From positions 483,944-547,943 of IMG/VR virus record IMGVR_UViG_3300033145_003233: a stretch of 64,000 bases of DNA; one strand, written 5' to 3'. Below are positions 1 to 14,500 of this stretch, one piece after another; the first letter of the stretch is position 1, and the number at the start of each line of letters is the position of its first letter. A program made the position numbers and the translations under genes. The notes under the pieces are model-generated. The model was not told the origin of the DNA. It saw nothing but the letters and a program-made list of their open reading frames with translations, and searched no databases.

Positions 1-2506
1 CAGAACTTTCTGTTTGCTCAAAATAAAAAGAAATATATTTTTCTTTCTCCGTCAATGTCTCATAATTAGCATAAGAAAATTCTATTTCCAATCTCTTAAC
101 ATACCAATCAGATGGAATAATTAACTTAGGAGGATCATCATCAAAATCAAGATTAAAAGCAGAACCAGTTCCATCATACAATTCTTCTGTCCACCAAAAA
201 TCTCCCTCTTCTATATCCTCCATTCTACAAATATTAATAATATCATCTGCAACAGGAGAACCGTGGCTATAACTAGGTCTATCCCCCAATATTCTATTTT
301 GACCTACTATTAAACTGCCATCATGATTATAGGCATCTTTTACATGACTTTTAGAAGTATCGATATGCAATGCTTGCAACTGACCCTCAAAAAAGTCATC
401 ATTTAATTTATGATATGACAAACCATAATTAACATTTTCATCATTAAATGCTAAAGTAGATGCCCCTATATAATTATTAGTATCTAAAGATATGTTATGG
501 GGAACAAATGGCTGTGTATCAACATATATCCAGCTATAATTATCTAAAGAATTCCCTGCCATTTTTTCAATATATACCCTCGTTCTTCTTGTAAAATTTC
601 CACAAAAATAAGGAGTTTCAGCTTTCCAGTAACTTTCTATTGAAGCCCCACTAGGTCTCCATTCAAAAACTTCATTCTCTATATGATCCACATCATACCA
701 AGCCCCTGGACCTTCACTTTGAGCATCATAGTTTTGAGACCAATAATTATAAGAATGTATATGAAATGGCTCTTCACAAGAATAAGATTTTAATGGTTGG
801 GCATTAGCTGTTTCAAAATCTATGAAAGATAAATCATAATATTTAAGATCTATAGAAGAACTCAAAGACATAATATCTAAATGGGAAATCCCGACCCCAG
901 AAGTATCAGAATCATCACTATATGTGCTAACATTTTTCAAGGCTTCAGCAAATGGCCTATAATAGGGAATTTTTTCTCTATCGAATAACAAACTATTAGC
1001 AACTTCAGATATGTCAAATAAATACCCAGGCTCTCTATCTAAATCTATTCTGTTTTCTATGGATATATTTAAATCAGATGGCAGATAAGATCCATCAGTT
1101 CCTGAAGGATAAGTAAAATCTAAACCTTCCAAATAATCTGTAAACCAATCCTGATCTCTTATCTCAGATCGTGGAAGCATTACTGTGATATCTCCATCAT
1201 CATATAATAATACTCCTCGATAATCCGCCGCCCAGAATTTCTTTACACTAGTAGAAATAGATTCTGATAATCTCCATCCCTCTATTTCATCTGCCACATC
1301 AGTAAGATTAAAATCGTCTTCTTCTCTTTCTCTTCTTTTTATTGTAAAATAATTAGATGAAGCAAGAACGTAATCGCTATCAGAAGAATAATAATCTTCT
1401 AATAAATCTATATTATATATAGTTAACCCAGTTGGTAATTTAGGAACTTTCCATGTCTTTATTTGATAATTCCAAGCATCTACATCACTAGCTATGGCCC
1501 CTATAAATCCTGAGATACCAATAGTATTGCCCTGACCTATCTTGCCCAGATGAGATAAGTTCTGCCTAAGATGCCTATTAGAGGCAACTGAATAAGTAAT
1601 ATAAATAGTTTCCCCTATAACTAAATCAGAAACATCTATTCTAATTTGTTTATCTGTAGCATCTATACCAGCTACTCCGCTCAATTTATAAGGATATGCT
1701 TTACCTCCAGAGGCATCATAATTATCTCCGCGAAACTTTAATTTTCTTTCATCTCTCACTACCTTTATAAATAGCTGTTCTTGATCCTCATATTTAACAT
1801 CTTCAAATTTTACCTCTTCATCTCCAGCTCCTCCGAACAACCCATCACTATCTGTAGCCCCATCTATCCTTTTTCTCCTTGACCCCCTCCATGTTCCATC
1901 ACTATATTTTCCCAATATATCTAATTGCTCAGGAGTGAAAGGAAGACCAACCACCCTATCAACATTATTTTCATCTTCTTCTTCTGTAATTATATGCCTC
2001 TTTACTATACCGAAGACAGAAAGGGGATAACTATTTAAAGAAATGATTCCAGTATCTAATATTTGTTGATTGACTTTGATTGGATAATTTATTTTAGTTT
2101 CTGCATCAAGTAAGTGTAAGGTTATATATGTCAACCCAGATGTTACCCCCCCAAATCCCATAGATGGTAATGCAAAATTACCTATCAAACCCATCATAGG
2201 AATAAAAGAAAGAGCACCAGGAGATATGGGATTCCGAACTGCGCTTTTCATTACCTTACTAAAATCTATTTCAACTTTTATTTTACTGGCCGGTAATAAT
2301 TTCTTTCTTTCTACTACTTTGATAATATTACCATCTTCATCCCTATCAACTATATAAACAGTTCCTTTAGGAGGATTTTTTAATCTGTTAATATTGAATG
2401 TATCAACAGGAACATATTCTTTATTGATAGATGTTTTTATATAGCCATCTCTAATTAAATCGCTATTATCATAACAAAGATATGTTCTTCTATTATTAAA
2501 AGCCAT
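1..2506 (-). CDS. Large hypothetical protein, 3'-truncated at window edge (~835 aa visible); probable tail-tip/virion protein
   Basis: Not in ORF track. Manual translation from ATG 2506 (MAFNNRRTYLCYDNSDLIRDG...) appears open to the left edge. Lies directly downstream of the tape-measure gene. Confidence 0.6.
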   Translation of the reverse strand, partial: MAFNNRRTYLCYDNSDLIRDGYIKTSINKEYVPVDTFNINRLKNPPKGTVYIVDRDEDGNIIKVVERKKLLPASKIKVEIDFSKVMKSAVRNPISPGALSFIPMMGLIGNFALPSMGFGGVTSGLTYITLHLLDAETKINYPIKVNQQILDTGIISLNSYPLSVFGIVKRHIITEEEDENNVDRVVGLPFTPEQLDILGKYSDGTWRGSRRKRIDGATDSDGLFGGAGDEEVKFEDVKYEDQEQLFIKVVRDERKLKFRGDNYDASGGKAYPYKLSGVAGIDATDKQIRIDVSDLVIGETIYITYSVASNRHLRQNLSHLGKIGQGNTIGISGFIGAIASDVDAWNYQIKTWKVPKLPTGLTIYNIDLLEDYYSSDSDYVLASSNYFTIKRREREEDDFNLTDVADEIEGWRLSESISTSVKKFWAADYRGVLLYDDGDITVMLPRSEIRDQDWFTDYLEGLDFTYPSGTDGSYLPSDLNISIENRIDLDREPGYLFDISEVANSLLFDREKIPYYRPFAEALKNVSTYSDDSDTSGVGISHLDIMSLSSSIDLKYYDLSFIDFETANAQPLKSYSCEEPFHIHSYNYWSQNYDAQSEGPGAWYDVDHIENEVFEWRPSGASIESYWKAETPYFCGNFTRRTRVYIEKMAGNSLDNYSWIYVDTQPFVPHNISLDTNNYIGASTLAFNDENVNYGLSYHKLNDDFFEGQLQALHIDTSKSHVKDAYNHDGSLIVGQNRILGDRPSYSHGSPVADDIINICRMEDIEEGDFWWTEELYDGTGSAFNLDFDDDPPKLIIPSDWYVKRLEIEFSYANYETLTEKEKYISFYFEQTESS

Positions 2507-2524
2507 AAGAATATATTTTCATAA

Positions 2525-5500
2525 TTAGGCAGAATATGTACCTAGGGTCTCACTCATCATACCAGGAACTGCTTCATGCAAAGCAGTATTTATTCCCTTT
2601 GCCACCTTAGTAGAAAGGTCATTTAAACCAGATATATTTATATCAAATCGTGCATTCTCTAAAACAACAGTAACAGTATTAGCTGAAGTAGGAGCAGATA
2701 TTAACCCCTTCTCTGCTTCTGAGAAAACAGGTTTTGTGGGATCAGTACCATAAACACTTTCTGTAGGTATTAATAATTGTTGACCTCTTGCCGAAACCTC
2801 AGAAGTTACCCCTTCCCTACCAGGACGACCAACTAAATCAGCCCCCACTTTAACTTCTTGAAGAGCTTCTCTCTCAATAGCTACCTTAACTTCTTGAGGA
2901 GCTTCTCTCCCAACAGCTACCTTAACTTCTTGAGGAGCTTCTCTCCCAACAGCTACCTTAACTTCTTGAGGAGCTTCTCTCCCAACAGCTACCTTAACTT
3001 CTTGAGGAGCTTCTCTCTCTCCTGGCATTGCCTCACCTGATCTGAGTAAGCCAAACATTTTAGGGGGCATTAATTGCTCCCATCTCCCAAACTCCTCCTC
3101 TTCTCCTATTCTTGGAGGCATCCTGCGTGTCGGCCTTATTGTTCTCCCACCACCTCTTCTACCATCGTCCCTACTTAAGCGATGTTCCATTCTTCTTTCA
3201 GAACGACTAGGACGAGGTTGATATTCTCTCCCCATCATAATATCTAACCTAGTACGTCTGCCCTCCCCTGCTTCCCTGCCTCTTGCTCCCCTACGGCGAG
3301 AAACTTTAGGCCCGACTCCTCTTTTGGCAACAATCTTTTCTTGTTCCCTTTCCCTTCTTTTCTCCCAATCAACATATCCTTCTACTTCTCTAACTGCTCC
3401 TGGAGCAGCAGGAGCCTCTGGAGGTACAACAGCAATCCTTGCAGTGTCCTCAGATGGAACTATAATCGTCTGGGGAGCAGGCATGGTGGCCACTTCTGTT
3501 CTTCCAATTTTCTCTTGCTCTATCTGAAGACGCGAACGTTGAGCAAATAGTCCCTCACGCTCACTGTAAACAGTTTCTAATTTTCTTTTTGTATCATCAC
3601 GACCTGCTTCAGCGGCCTGAGCATATTGAAATGGTGGCTGATCTTTTAACCCCTCAATTTTACTATCATAAACTCTCCTATTCTTTTCCCACTGTTCCCT
3701 ATTCGCTGCCGCATCTGCTATTAATTCATCCGAGAGATTTTTAATTATGTCCCCAGAGGCCTCTCCCTCTTTAATAGTCTTTGCATGAACCTCTCTAGAC
3801 CATTCCTTACCAACTCCAACCCCCGTTTCTCTTTCCATCCTAACCAATACCCCTTCATCTTCATCTGATCCAGATTCCTCATACTGCTTAAATGCTTGAA
3901 GATACATATATGATGGAGTCTTCTTCTCTCGTTGTGTTTTTATCTTCTTTCTTCTGATAGCCTTTAAACTAGGCGCTCCAATAGTAAACCCTGGAGGCAC
4001 ACCTTCATATTTTTCTATTTCTTTTTCTTCTCTAGGCTCCTCTCGTATCATTAATGCCACTTTATCAGCTTGCTCCCTGAGTGTCTGTATCTGTGCGGCA
4101 ATTTTTGCTCCTTCATCGCGAACTTTTTGTCTAGCCGCTTCGCTCTTACCAGTTAAATCTAATTTTCCCTCTAAGGTTATAATTCCAGTATCAGGAGCAT
4201 AAAGAATATTTTCAAGATGTGTCATTTCTCTATTCTTAGTCTCTATAACTTTATCTACATCTTGAATTTCCCTAGTTTTACGCTCATATGGAGCCTGTAT
4301 CTCCTTAGCTTTATCAAGATATTCAGTTGATAATCCAGAAGCAACTAAACCAGGTTTACCACCCTCTGCAATTATCTCTTCCTCCCTACCCATAGCAAAT
4401 TTACGACCAGCACTCTTACTTACTTCTTGCTCTAACTGAACCGAGGCCAATGCCATAACACTACCCTTCTGTTCACTAGCAGATTTTTTATATTGACTAA
4501 GGAATCTGGAAATTATATTACCAAGCTCATCATCAAAATCTTCTTGAGCTATTCCTAAATCTTTTTGAGCTTTTGCGACTACCCCATGGGCAACACGAAT
4601 CTCTTTTATACTCATACTGCCACTACCCTTTAATCCATCATAAACATTTTTCATATCTGAAACATTATTGGTAGCTTCCTGAACTGTCTTCCCGAATTCT
4701 CCTAATCTATCAATAGCTCCATTCATTTGATCAAAATCAAAATCTGGAGAAGTATAAATGCCTTCCCTAATTCTATTAATTTCCTCTTTCGATAAAATCC
4801 CATCAATAGACAACTCCTGTAAAAAACTAGATGTTTTTTCTGCCTTATTTATAAAAGCCTGGGTATTAGCTACTATATCTCTTGTTGAGCTATAGACATT
4901 CCCGAAATTAACCAGCAAATCTTTGAACCTAACATCCTTTGTTTCTATTTCCATAGCATCAACAATTGATTTTAGCTCATTATAAATTCTATCATAATTC
5001 TTTTTCCCTATATCTAAAGTAATAACAGGAACCTTACCAACTCCCTCTACAATCTCTTCTGCACTAGTTGCAGTCCCTATAATGCTCTCTAAGAAATTAG
5101 AAATCGACACTCCTGTTTCTTCAGAAAAATCATTAACACTCCTATAAAATTCAGAAAAATATTTAACAAATTGTTGCTTGTCAAGATTTAAAGCTCTAGT
5201 AGCTTCATTAATTTCTACCTCAATATTGGGGAATAACCTTGCTAGCTTATCCATAGGCAATCCTATATCTATACTCTCTACTCCCTCAGGAATATGAATA
5301 GCCGACAACATCTTCTGAGGAGATCTAATATATGTCTCGAAATCTTGATGAAACTTAATAAGACTGCTCATCAAGACTCCTTTATCAATCTTATCGGGAT
5401 CAATAATTTCCTCAAAATCCACTCTTAATTCACTAATAGTTTCATTTATTAACTTATCTACTTCAGAAAAGTTTAATATATATTTTGCTGTTTTGCCAAT

Positions 5501-8500
5501 AACTCCTATATTCTCGGCATTAATTCCCAGCAAGGTTTTCTCAACTAAATCCAAAACCCTGTTCTTGTATTCATCAATACGAGTCTCAACAAGCCCAAGT
5601 TTACCAACTGGTTCATAAATAGCCTGACTAATAGAATCAAAAATATCCTTTATAGAAGATGTGTTAATTTCTGTTCCAGCCTCATACTCTAAATATTTTT
5701 CTACATCTTTCAGAACTATCTCTGCCCTCTCTGGTCTATTTTTAACATCAACAGCAGCAGTAAATAAATGAGGCATTTCTTTAATTATCACTGTAACTAT
5801 ATCAGGAGGTAAACCATCTTGTATTTGCCCACTAATGCTTGATAATATTTTACTTGCAGAAAAAACCATTTGTTCTTTAAAATCATCAAATTTTTCTCTA
5901 GGGAGTTTTATATCAGCAAAAGAATCTTTAACAATTTTACCAAAATCGACATTTAGCTCAGGGGCCTTCTCTCCAGCAAATTTATTATATAAATCAGCTA
6001 TATCGGAAATTGATATACCCATTTTAAGAGACATATTACTAGCGGCCGTATTTAATTCATCAAAACTATTTACAAATTTAGCCTTGTCTGAAGCATCAAC
6101 AATCATCATAGATTCGGCAAGAGAATCTAATAAATCAGTCATTTCTCCAACTGGAGTCTGAACATCAGGTTGGACATAAGACTTAGCTATATTCTGAAGA
6201 ATAATAGTTGGAGTATCTGTTATTTCTATATCCACTTCTTTAATTTTTTCATAAAATTTTTGCAAATTACCCAGTACAGCAGTAGCTTTTTCTGCTGGCA
6301 CATTCATCTTATCCATATTAAACAAAACAGCCAACTCCGGAGGTTCACCAATCGTCACATCTTCTTTTCGATATAGCAATTTTATAGCTTCTACATATGC
6401 TTTGACTCCCTTCCAATCTAATTCTCTATCATCAATAGGAACCAATATAGCATCTGACAATTCCTCAACCTCAAACTCCACCCTAGGAATACGCTTAGTA
6501 ACACCCTGCATCGTAACTTCTTCAGGCATTCCTTGAAGTAAAATATCATATCTATATTTTTTATCAAACTCATCTTTTGCTGTTAATTCTATAAATTCAG
6601 GAACATTCTTTGCTATTAACTCAAGAGCAGAAACATTATTGGGTAATGTTATATCTGCAAGGCCCTCAAATTTGGTTTTAAGGACATTAGAAATACGCTG
6701 TGCAGAATCAACTGCCGCCTCTTTTATTTTTATAATTTGAGTATCATCTAATCCCCAACTCTTACCCACTCTTTTTAATCTATCATCTAGGGAACTACTA
6801 AATCTAATAGCTCTAGCTAATACATCATCAAATGGCTGGCTAGTAGCTAATGAAATATCTGTTATCTTTCTATTTAAACCACCAAAATCCGTAAGAAGTT
6901 TAGTTGTGCTTATATTCATACTAGTAGCCATCATATTTAATTCTTTTGTAAGATCTGGAGTTGGTAATTCCACTTCAAAAACCTTATCAACATTAGTTAT
7001 AAGAACACTAGGCCTCCTATCAGTTCCCTCTACATCTCCGACAACATGATATGCTTCTTCTGTTAAATCCAAAATAGTAGAAACATCAACTTCTTGAGGC
7101 AACTGAGCATTTAATAATATAGAATCAAGAACCTGAGGTAATTTAAAAACAACTTCAGTAGGAAGCTTAGACCAGTCAGCTAAAATACTAAACTCAGTAA
7201 CCAAATTCTTAACATACGCCTCTGCTTCTAATCCTCTTAAATTCTGCTTATCAAGATCAAGAGCTACTTCTCTAGGAACTTGACTTAAAATTGCCGTGAC
7301 AGTAGGCACATCTATAGCTCTTAATCCTATTTTTTCAGGAGCATCCTCTACTACAGTTTTTACTTTTCTCTCTATGTTTTCAGGATCTCCATATAACTCT
7401 AAAACTTCTGGTATTGATTTTATAATTATCTGCCTATCTTCTGAGGATATATCATCAAATGTTTTCTCAAAAACTTTATCAACAACTTTATTTAACTGAG
7501 GATTTATCTCATTTATAGCCATAATATTATGACTAAACGCCTTCCCCAAAGAAATATAAATGTCCTCCATCTTTATTTCAGATGCTCTTTTTATTTTATC
7601 AATTCTACGTTCATCAATATTGAAATCGGAAAAAATATTATCTATCTTATTAGGCCAAGATTTCATAGCATCAAATATTTCATCAACAGAACGACCCGTT
7701 GCCATAGACATCTCTTTGATACTATTAAATACTGGAGAAAAATCTGATTCAAACTCTATTTCACTATCATATCCCAAATTCCTGGCCACAACAGGAAGCA
7801 TATCAGGAATTCGGATATCAGCAGTAACTTTATAAACATCTTCAAGACTCTTAATAATCACATGAGCCTCTTCTGGCTTCTCAATCACCTTAGTTTTTAA
7901 AAGAACTTTCTCTATTTTATCCGGAAATCTCAAAACAGCAGCAGAAGGCTCTCCCCTAACCTTAGTAGGCATTGCCACAATAAGCTCTGCTACATCATAA
8001 TATGCCTCTGCTTCTATATCTCTTAAATTACCATCTTTAACAGGGACCTTTATAGTTTTCGCTATTTCTGTTAATGCAAATACTGCATCAGGCATTTTTT
8101 CTAATCTACCTTCTATTGTCCCAGGTAGCTTAGAAATATCCAAATCTACTATTTGCTCTGGCTTACTCTCTGCCAGCATAGAAACAACACTTGGCAGAGC
8201 CTCATATAAAACATCTATCTCTAGATTATTTAACCCTTGGATCTGTTTTTCTATAGATCCGAAAATAGCAGTAGATTGTTTAAAAAGAGTAGCTTGAACT
8301 TTTTTAATACTATCAGGATCTACATCCCTTATCTCAATAGAAGAAATTGCTGTATCCAACTTATTGAATAAGTTATATACATCATCATCTGAAAATTGAA
8401 GGATAGGTATCCTAATATCTCCTTCTACTTTAGCAGGTATTTTTATAACTTCTTGTAATAATTTATAATATGCTGTTACTTCTAAACCTCTCATCTCCCC

Positions 8501-11500
8501 TTCAACAATCGGAATTCTAACTGTCTCAGCAATATCGGTTAACGCTGTTTTAACAGGAGGAACCTCTGCTAGTTCAACAGGTAACTCTCCAGGAAATGAA
8601 GAAATATCTAATAATATTGGATCAGTAAGAGGAGTTTTAGCTGTCATCGCTATAGTATGAGGCAAAGCCCTAAAAAGAACCTCTACATCACTGTCGTCCA
8701 GCGTCTCAATCTGATCTTTTATTGATTTAAAAATAATAGATGACTGTTCTTTAATCGTCTCTTGAATATTTTTAACTTCTTCTAGATTTACTTTAGGCAC
8801 ATAAGTAGAGGCGATAACATAATTTAATCTTTCAAAAATTCTCATCACATCTTCTTCTGGAAATCTCAATACAGTAGGATCAACTTGCCCCTGCACAACA
8901 ACAGGCATATCTACAACCTGTTCAGCTATATTATAAAATGCCTCTATTTCTAAATCAGAGAAATTCTGTCTAGCAGGAATTTGGATAGATTTAGCTATCC
9001 CCTCTAATTTAACCATAGGTTCTTCTATCTTTTCTAATTTAGCCCTCACTTCATCTGGAAAATTAGAAATATCTAACTCCACAGGTTTAGTAGGATCTTC
9101 GCTTTTAGCCATCATAGAAATAATAGTAGGTAATGCCTCAAATATTACCTTAACATCCGTATCTTTTAATCCATCAATTTCCTCATGTAATGATTCAAAT
9201 ATAGCTGAAGAGTGCTTTTTAAAAGTATCTTGAACCTTCGCTAAATGTGCTGGATCTACTTTAGGAACGTATACGGAAGTAATAAGAGTATTCAATCTAT
9301 TAAATAAAGCCACTACATCATCTTCTGGAAATTGCAAAACAGATGGCTTTATGTCTCCCTCTATCTGAGTAGGTAATTTTATAATCTGTTCAGCTATATC
9401 ATAATATGCCTTAACCTCCACACCACTTAAATCTCCCTCCTCAACAGGAACCCTGATAATTCTTGCTATCTCTGTTAACTTTATTTCTGCCCTTGGTATA
9501 TCTTGCAAGTCAGCAGCAATACCGTCAGGAAACGAAGAAATGTCCAGCTTAACTAGTGGAGTCGGTTCGCTTTCTACCATCATAGAAACTACTTCTGGCA
9601 AAGCCTTAAAAATTACTCTTACTTGCTCATCGTTTAACCCTTCTATTTGTTGCTCTATAGATCTAAATATCTCAGCAGATTGCTTTCTAAGAGTATCTTC
9701 AATTGCTCTTATCCTTTGAGGATCTACTTTTGGAACATACACAGAAGTAATAAGATTATTTAACTCTGTGAAAAGATTATATACATCTTGCTCTGGGAAT
9801 TGTAAGATAGAAGGCTTAACCTCTCCCTCTACTATAGTTGGTATTTTTACAAATTGCTCTGCCACCTCATAATATGCTACTACTTCCAGCCCGCTGATAT
9901 CCCCCTGTTTCACAGGAACCTTAATAGTTTCCGCTATCCCTGTCAACAGGATCTCTGCATCTGGTATCCCGAGAAGCTTAGCCTTTATTTCATCAGGGAA
10001 TTTAGAAATATCCAAATCAACATCTTTTTCAGGCTCACTCTTAGCCAGCATAGATACAACATCAGGCAAAGCATCGAATATAACCTGAATATCAACATTA
10101 TCCAATGCCTCTATCTGTTTATTTATAGATTCAAAAATAGCTGATGATTGTCGAATAAGAGTAGCTTGCACCTTTTTAATACTACCAGCATCAACATCGG
10201 GAATACCAACAGATAAAATAATGTCATTTAATTGCCTAAAAGTATCAAAAACACTGTCGATAGATACATCAGCGCTATCAGAAATGTCCTCTATTATCTT
10301 ATAGATAGGAGAATAATCCATTACAAATTGATCACTTCTAATCCCTAAATTACTAGCAGCAGCATTAATAGATTGTTGCAATCTAATAGCCACATCTGTA
10401 GTTGCCTCCTCAACTCGAGAAAATACCTTTACTAACACATCAAATGGATTCTCTTCTATCTCTAATTCGCTCTTAAGAATATCTCTCCATCCTGTAAAAA
10501 TTAAAGCAGATTTTTCTGGCGGAATATTTTCCTCAACAATTTTACTAACAAACTGATCCCTCCATCCTGATAATTTCATTGCAACTTCTTCTGGAGGTAA
10601 TATACCATATTTAACAAATTGATTGAAAGAATCAATAGCATCATATATCTTTGTGTGAAGATAAATAGGCGGAGCTTCTTTATATACAGCTTCCTGCCTA
10701 AATGAAGAAACATAATTTTCCACAAAAGTTTCAACTCTTTCTGGAGGAAGATCTTGATATTGCACAGTTGATCTGAATTCTTTAATTATTTCCTGAATAT
10801 AAGCAGGAATATTTTCAGGAGGAATTTCATCATAATAGATATGCTGAACAAATGATTTAATATAATCGCTAATAAGGCCAGGAACTTCTTCCTCAGGTAA
10901 CTTAAGGTATGTGGCTCTTTGTGCGAAAGCTTCTATAGATCCGTCTAGAAATATTTGTGCTTCTTTAGGAAGATCAGGGTACATAGCATATTGGGTAAAC
11001 GATTCTTTCAGCCGTCTTAATATAACCTCAAACCTAGTTTTTGGGACATCTTCGTAAGTAGCATATTGAGTCAAGTCCTCCATAACATTTCTTATCGAAG
11101 CTGGAATATTACGTGGAGGAACTTCCCTATAATCTACTACTTGCCTTAACGCCGACATCGAATCCTTAATTATCCCTTTAATTATCTCTGGTGGGAAATC
11201 CTCGTATGTAACACGTTGCACGAATGCCGCTTTTGAACCTCTAATAAATGCCTGAACTTCTTTAGGAACATCTTCCTGATAAATTGCCCATTGGTCAAAT
11301 GCCGTTTCAAAATTATGCATCACACCGACTACACTACGAGGAGGCAATTCCCTATAAATAACTGACTGTCTTAAATATTTTAAATATTGTTTTACAAACC
11401 CAGGAATCTGACTGTCAGGCAACTCGCTATATAAAATATTCTGAACAAAAGATTTTTGAGCGCCCGTTAGTATAGCGTCCATAGTCTCTGGTATTGCATC

Positions 11501-14500
11501 TTTATATTCTATTGACTGAGTGAACTCATCAATAGCCCCCTCTAAGAACAAACTTACCTCTCTAGGAAGAGTTCTATAATCACCATATTGAGTAAACGAA
11601 TCTATAACCTTCCTAACTACAACATCTATTTTATTCTCTGGTATATCTGCATAAGAAAAATATTGCTCGAATTGTGTAATAACTTCTTTGATAGAAGCTG
11701 GGATTATCTTGTCAGGAAGCTCAGTGTATCTAAGATGTTGATTATATAACTCAATCGCCCCCTGTATAAAAGCAGGGACTCTATATTTGGGAAGCTGCTC
11801 ATATTTCATGTGCTGAACAAAACTTGATTTAGCATCTCTAACAAAAGTTAATATTTCTTCTGGAATATCTTGGATATATACAGCTTCTTGCTTGGTGAAT
11901 TTTTTAACATTCTCTACAGCCATCGTTATTTTATCAGATATCTCCGTCTGATAATCAGCATGTTGTATCATAGATGAAATAACATCGCTAATAAAGAAAT
12001 CAACTTCTATTGGGAAGTCTTTATATCTGGACTCCTGCTTATATTCTTGTATCACTCCTTTTATCGTAGCAGACACATCTTCAGGAGGTATCTCTTTATA
12101 TTTAACCAATTGATTTATATCATTTATGAATCCGCTAATAAAAGAAGGTATATTTTCTTCTGGCAAATCAGAATAAACTAGTCTCTGCTGATAAAATCTT
12201 AGCGTGTCTTTAACAAAAGTGCGTATTTTCTCAGATGGCATCAACGGATAAACTGCTCTTTGAGTTATAGATTCCATCAAATCAGTTACAAAGAGTTGGA
12301 CTTCATCTGACACAGGCTTGTATTCAGCCTTCTGTTTGAAATCTCTTATAATATTAATTATTTCTGCATGAACCTTCTCATGTGGGAATTGCTCATCGTC
12401 ATATTCAACATACTGTTTTAATCTATCTATTGCCCCACTCATATACCCAGGAATTTCTTCTGGAGGAACCTCTCCGTAAACTACCTTCTGATTCCAAGAA
12501 TTAATAATATTAGTTAACCATGCATTAGCCTTAGCCGGAGGCTTAATAGGATAATAAGCAGTTTGGGTAAAATCTGCCATAACATCCCTCACAAAGAATT
12601 GAACCTCTTGAGAAATTTTTTCTGGATATTGAGCCTCCTGTCTATAAGATTCTATAAATTTATCAACCTCCATATTGACTTTCTCTGGAGGGATAACAGT
12701 ATAAGAAGCATATTGTTTTATATTATTAATAAAATCTGTGACATACGTTGGGATCTGAGCAGGTGGTAAATCTTTATATTCCATAGATTGAGCATAAGAA
12801 GTTATAGCTCTTTTTATAAAAGCAGGTATCTTTTCAGATGGCAAGGTAGTATAAGAAACATATTGTAAAATAGATTCTTTTACCCCCTGCACCTCTCCAC
12901 TTATTTGCTTAGGAATTTCATCTCCATAAAGAGTATATTGTATAAATGAGTCCTTAATACCCCTAAGCATAACAGGGATTTTAGAAGGCGGAATATTAAC
13001 ATGCTCTAGATGTGGTCTAAACTTATTGATAATATTATCATACTGAACCTCTACCTCTTCCGGCATTTTTGTAACTTCTACAATATTCCTTGTAATCCTA
13101 TCTTTAGCAGCAGTTTCTCCGCTATATGCCAAAAATAAATCATCCGTATTTAATCCGAATTCAATTACTTCTCTTTTTACAGCATCTACCCCAGATGTAA
13201 TCCCCTCATAATTAATCAATAACTCTTCTAGAGACAATCCCTTATCGGTGGCATACCTTTGCAAAACTTTTGTATAACCCACAATAATCTCTTCAACCCT
13301 TTTAGGAGGTTGCTCTGTTAGTTCTGCCACCCTATATATTTCAGAAACAAATCCAGAAAATATCTCTGGAACCTTCTTAGAAGGTAAACCAACTTCATCA
13401 GCAAATCTTTTAATTTCTCTAGTAAAACCAGAATAACGAGTAATAACTTCCAGTGGAGGAAGATTTTGCTCTTTAGCCACTCTCATTATCTCTTTTGTGA
13501 AACCAGTATAATAAGTCAGAACCTTTTCTGGCGGTAAATTATATTCCTTAGAAATCCTAATAATTTCTTTAGTAATATTCTGATAATAGATTTTTAACGG
13601 ATCTTTTACTATTTTTTCTTCTACTGCTCCCTCAATGCCATCCATTGATACTGCCATGCCCTGAAATAATACTCTCATAAATCTAGCTTGCTGTTTAACT
13701 TCGTCTGTAATGTTCTTTTTAAATTGAGCTTCTTTTCTTTGCGAAGAAGAAATATCTCCCTGAATTTCTCTCTGACCAGCAAGTTGAGATTGTGCTAAAA
13801 ATAATGCCTTTTTTCTATGAGCCACAATCTCTGTTTCAAGTTCAACTGCCTTAGATCTCCATTTGAAAGAATCTGCACCAGCTGTCCCTAATACTCTCAT
13901 GCGCTCATTTAGAGTAGTTAACATGCCCTCTTTTAATGTTGCCGCTTTCAACTCATCGTATGCCATTATCTCTCTGGTTCGAGATATTAATTCTTGCATA
14001 CGAACTTGATCGATAACTTCTACGCCAATCTTTTGAATAGCTTTAAAATATTTCTCCCCCTCTTTGGACAAATTACCAGTAGATAGAATTTCTGCCACAT
14101 CTATTTCTTCATCCATTTTTACATATTTCTCTAAATGGATAATTCCTTCTGCTTTTGTTTTTTCAGAAGCCGACAAAGCAGTAAGAGCTTCATGAAATTT
14201 AAAAGTTGATGATGGAGCAACTGCCTTAGGTTGCATTGGCCCAGGGGTCACATCTTCTCCCCTAACAGTGGCTTTAATCTCTCTCCCAATACCAACATCC
14301 CTTAAGTTTCTTAAATCGCTTATATTCACAACATAGACAGGAATAGCATCACGTTTCTCATTAATAATAAGACGAGAAGCAGTTCCCTTAGGAGCTTCTC
14401 TTAATGCTCTAAGCCATTTGCTATCCATTTTTACTGGAGGCAATTGAATTTTTTGAAATCCTGGCCCCATTTGAAAACCACCAGTAGCTCCACCAGCAGC

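Noticed and set aside
2847-3020. 36-bp repeats as a CRISPR array
   Set aside because: Head-to-tail with no spacers, in frame inside a CDS, and no cas genes.
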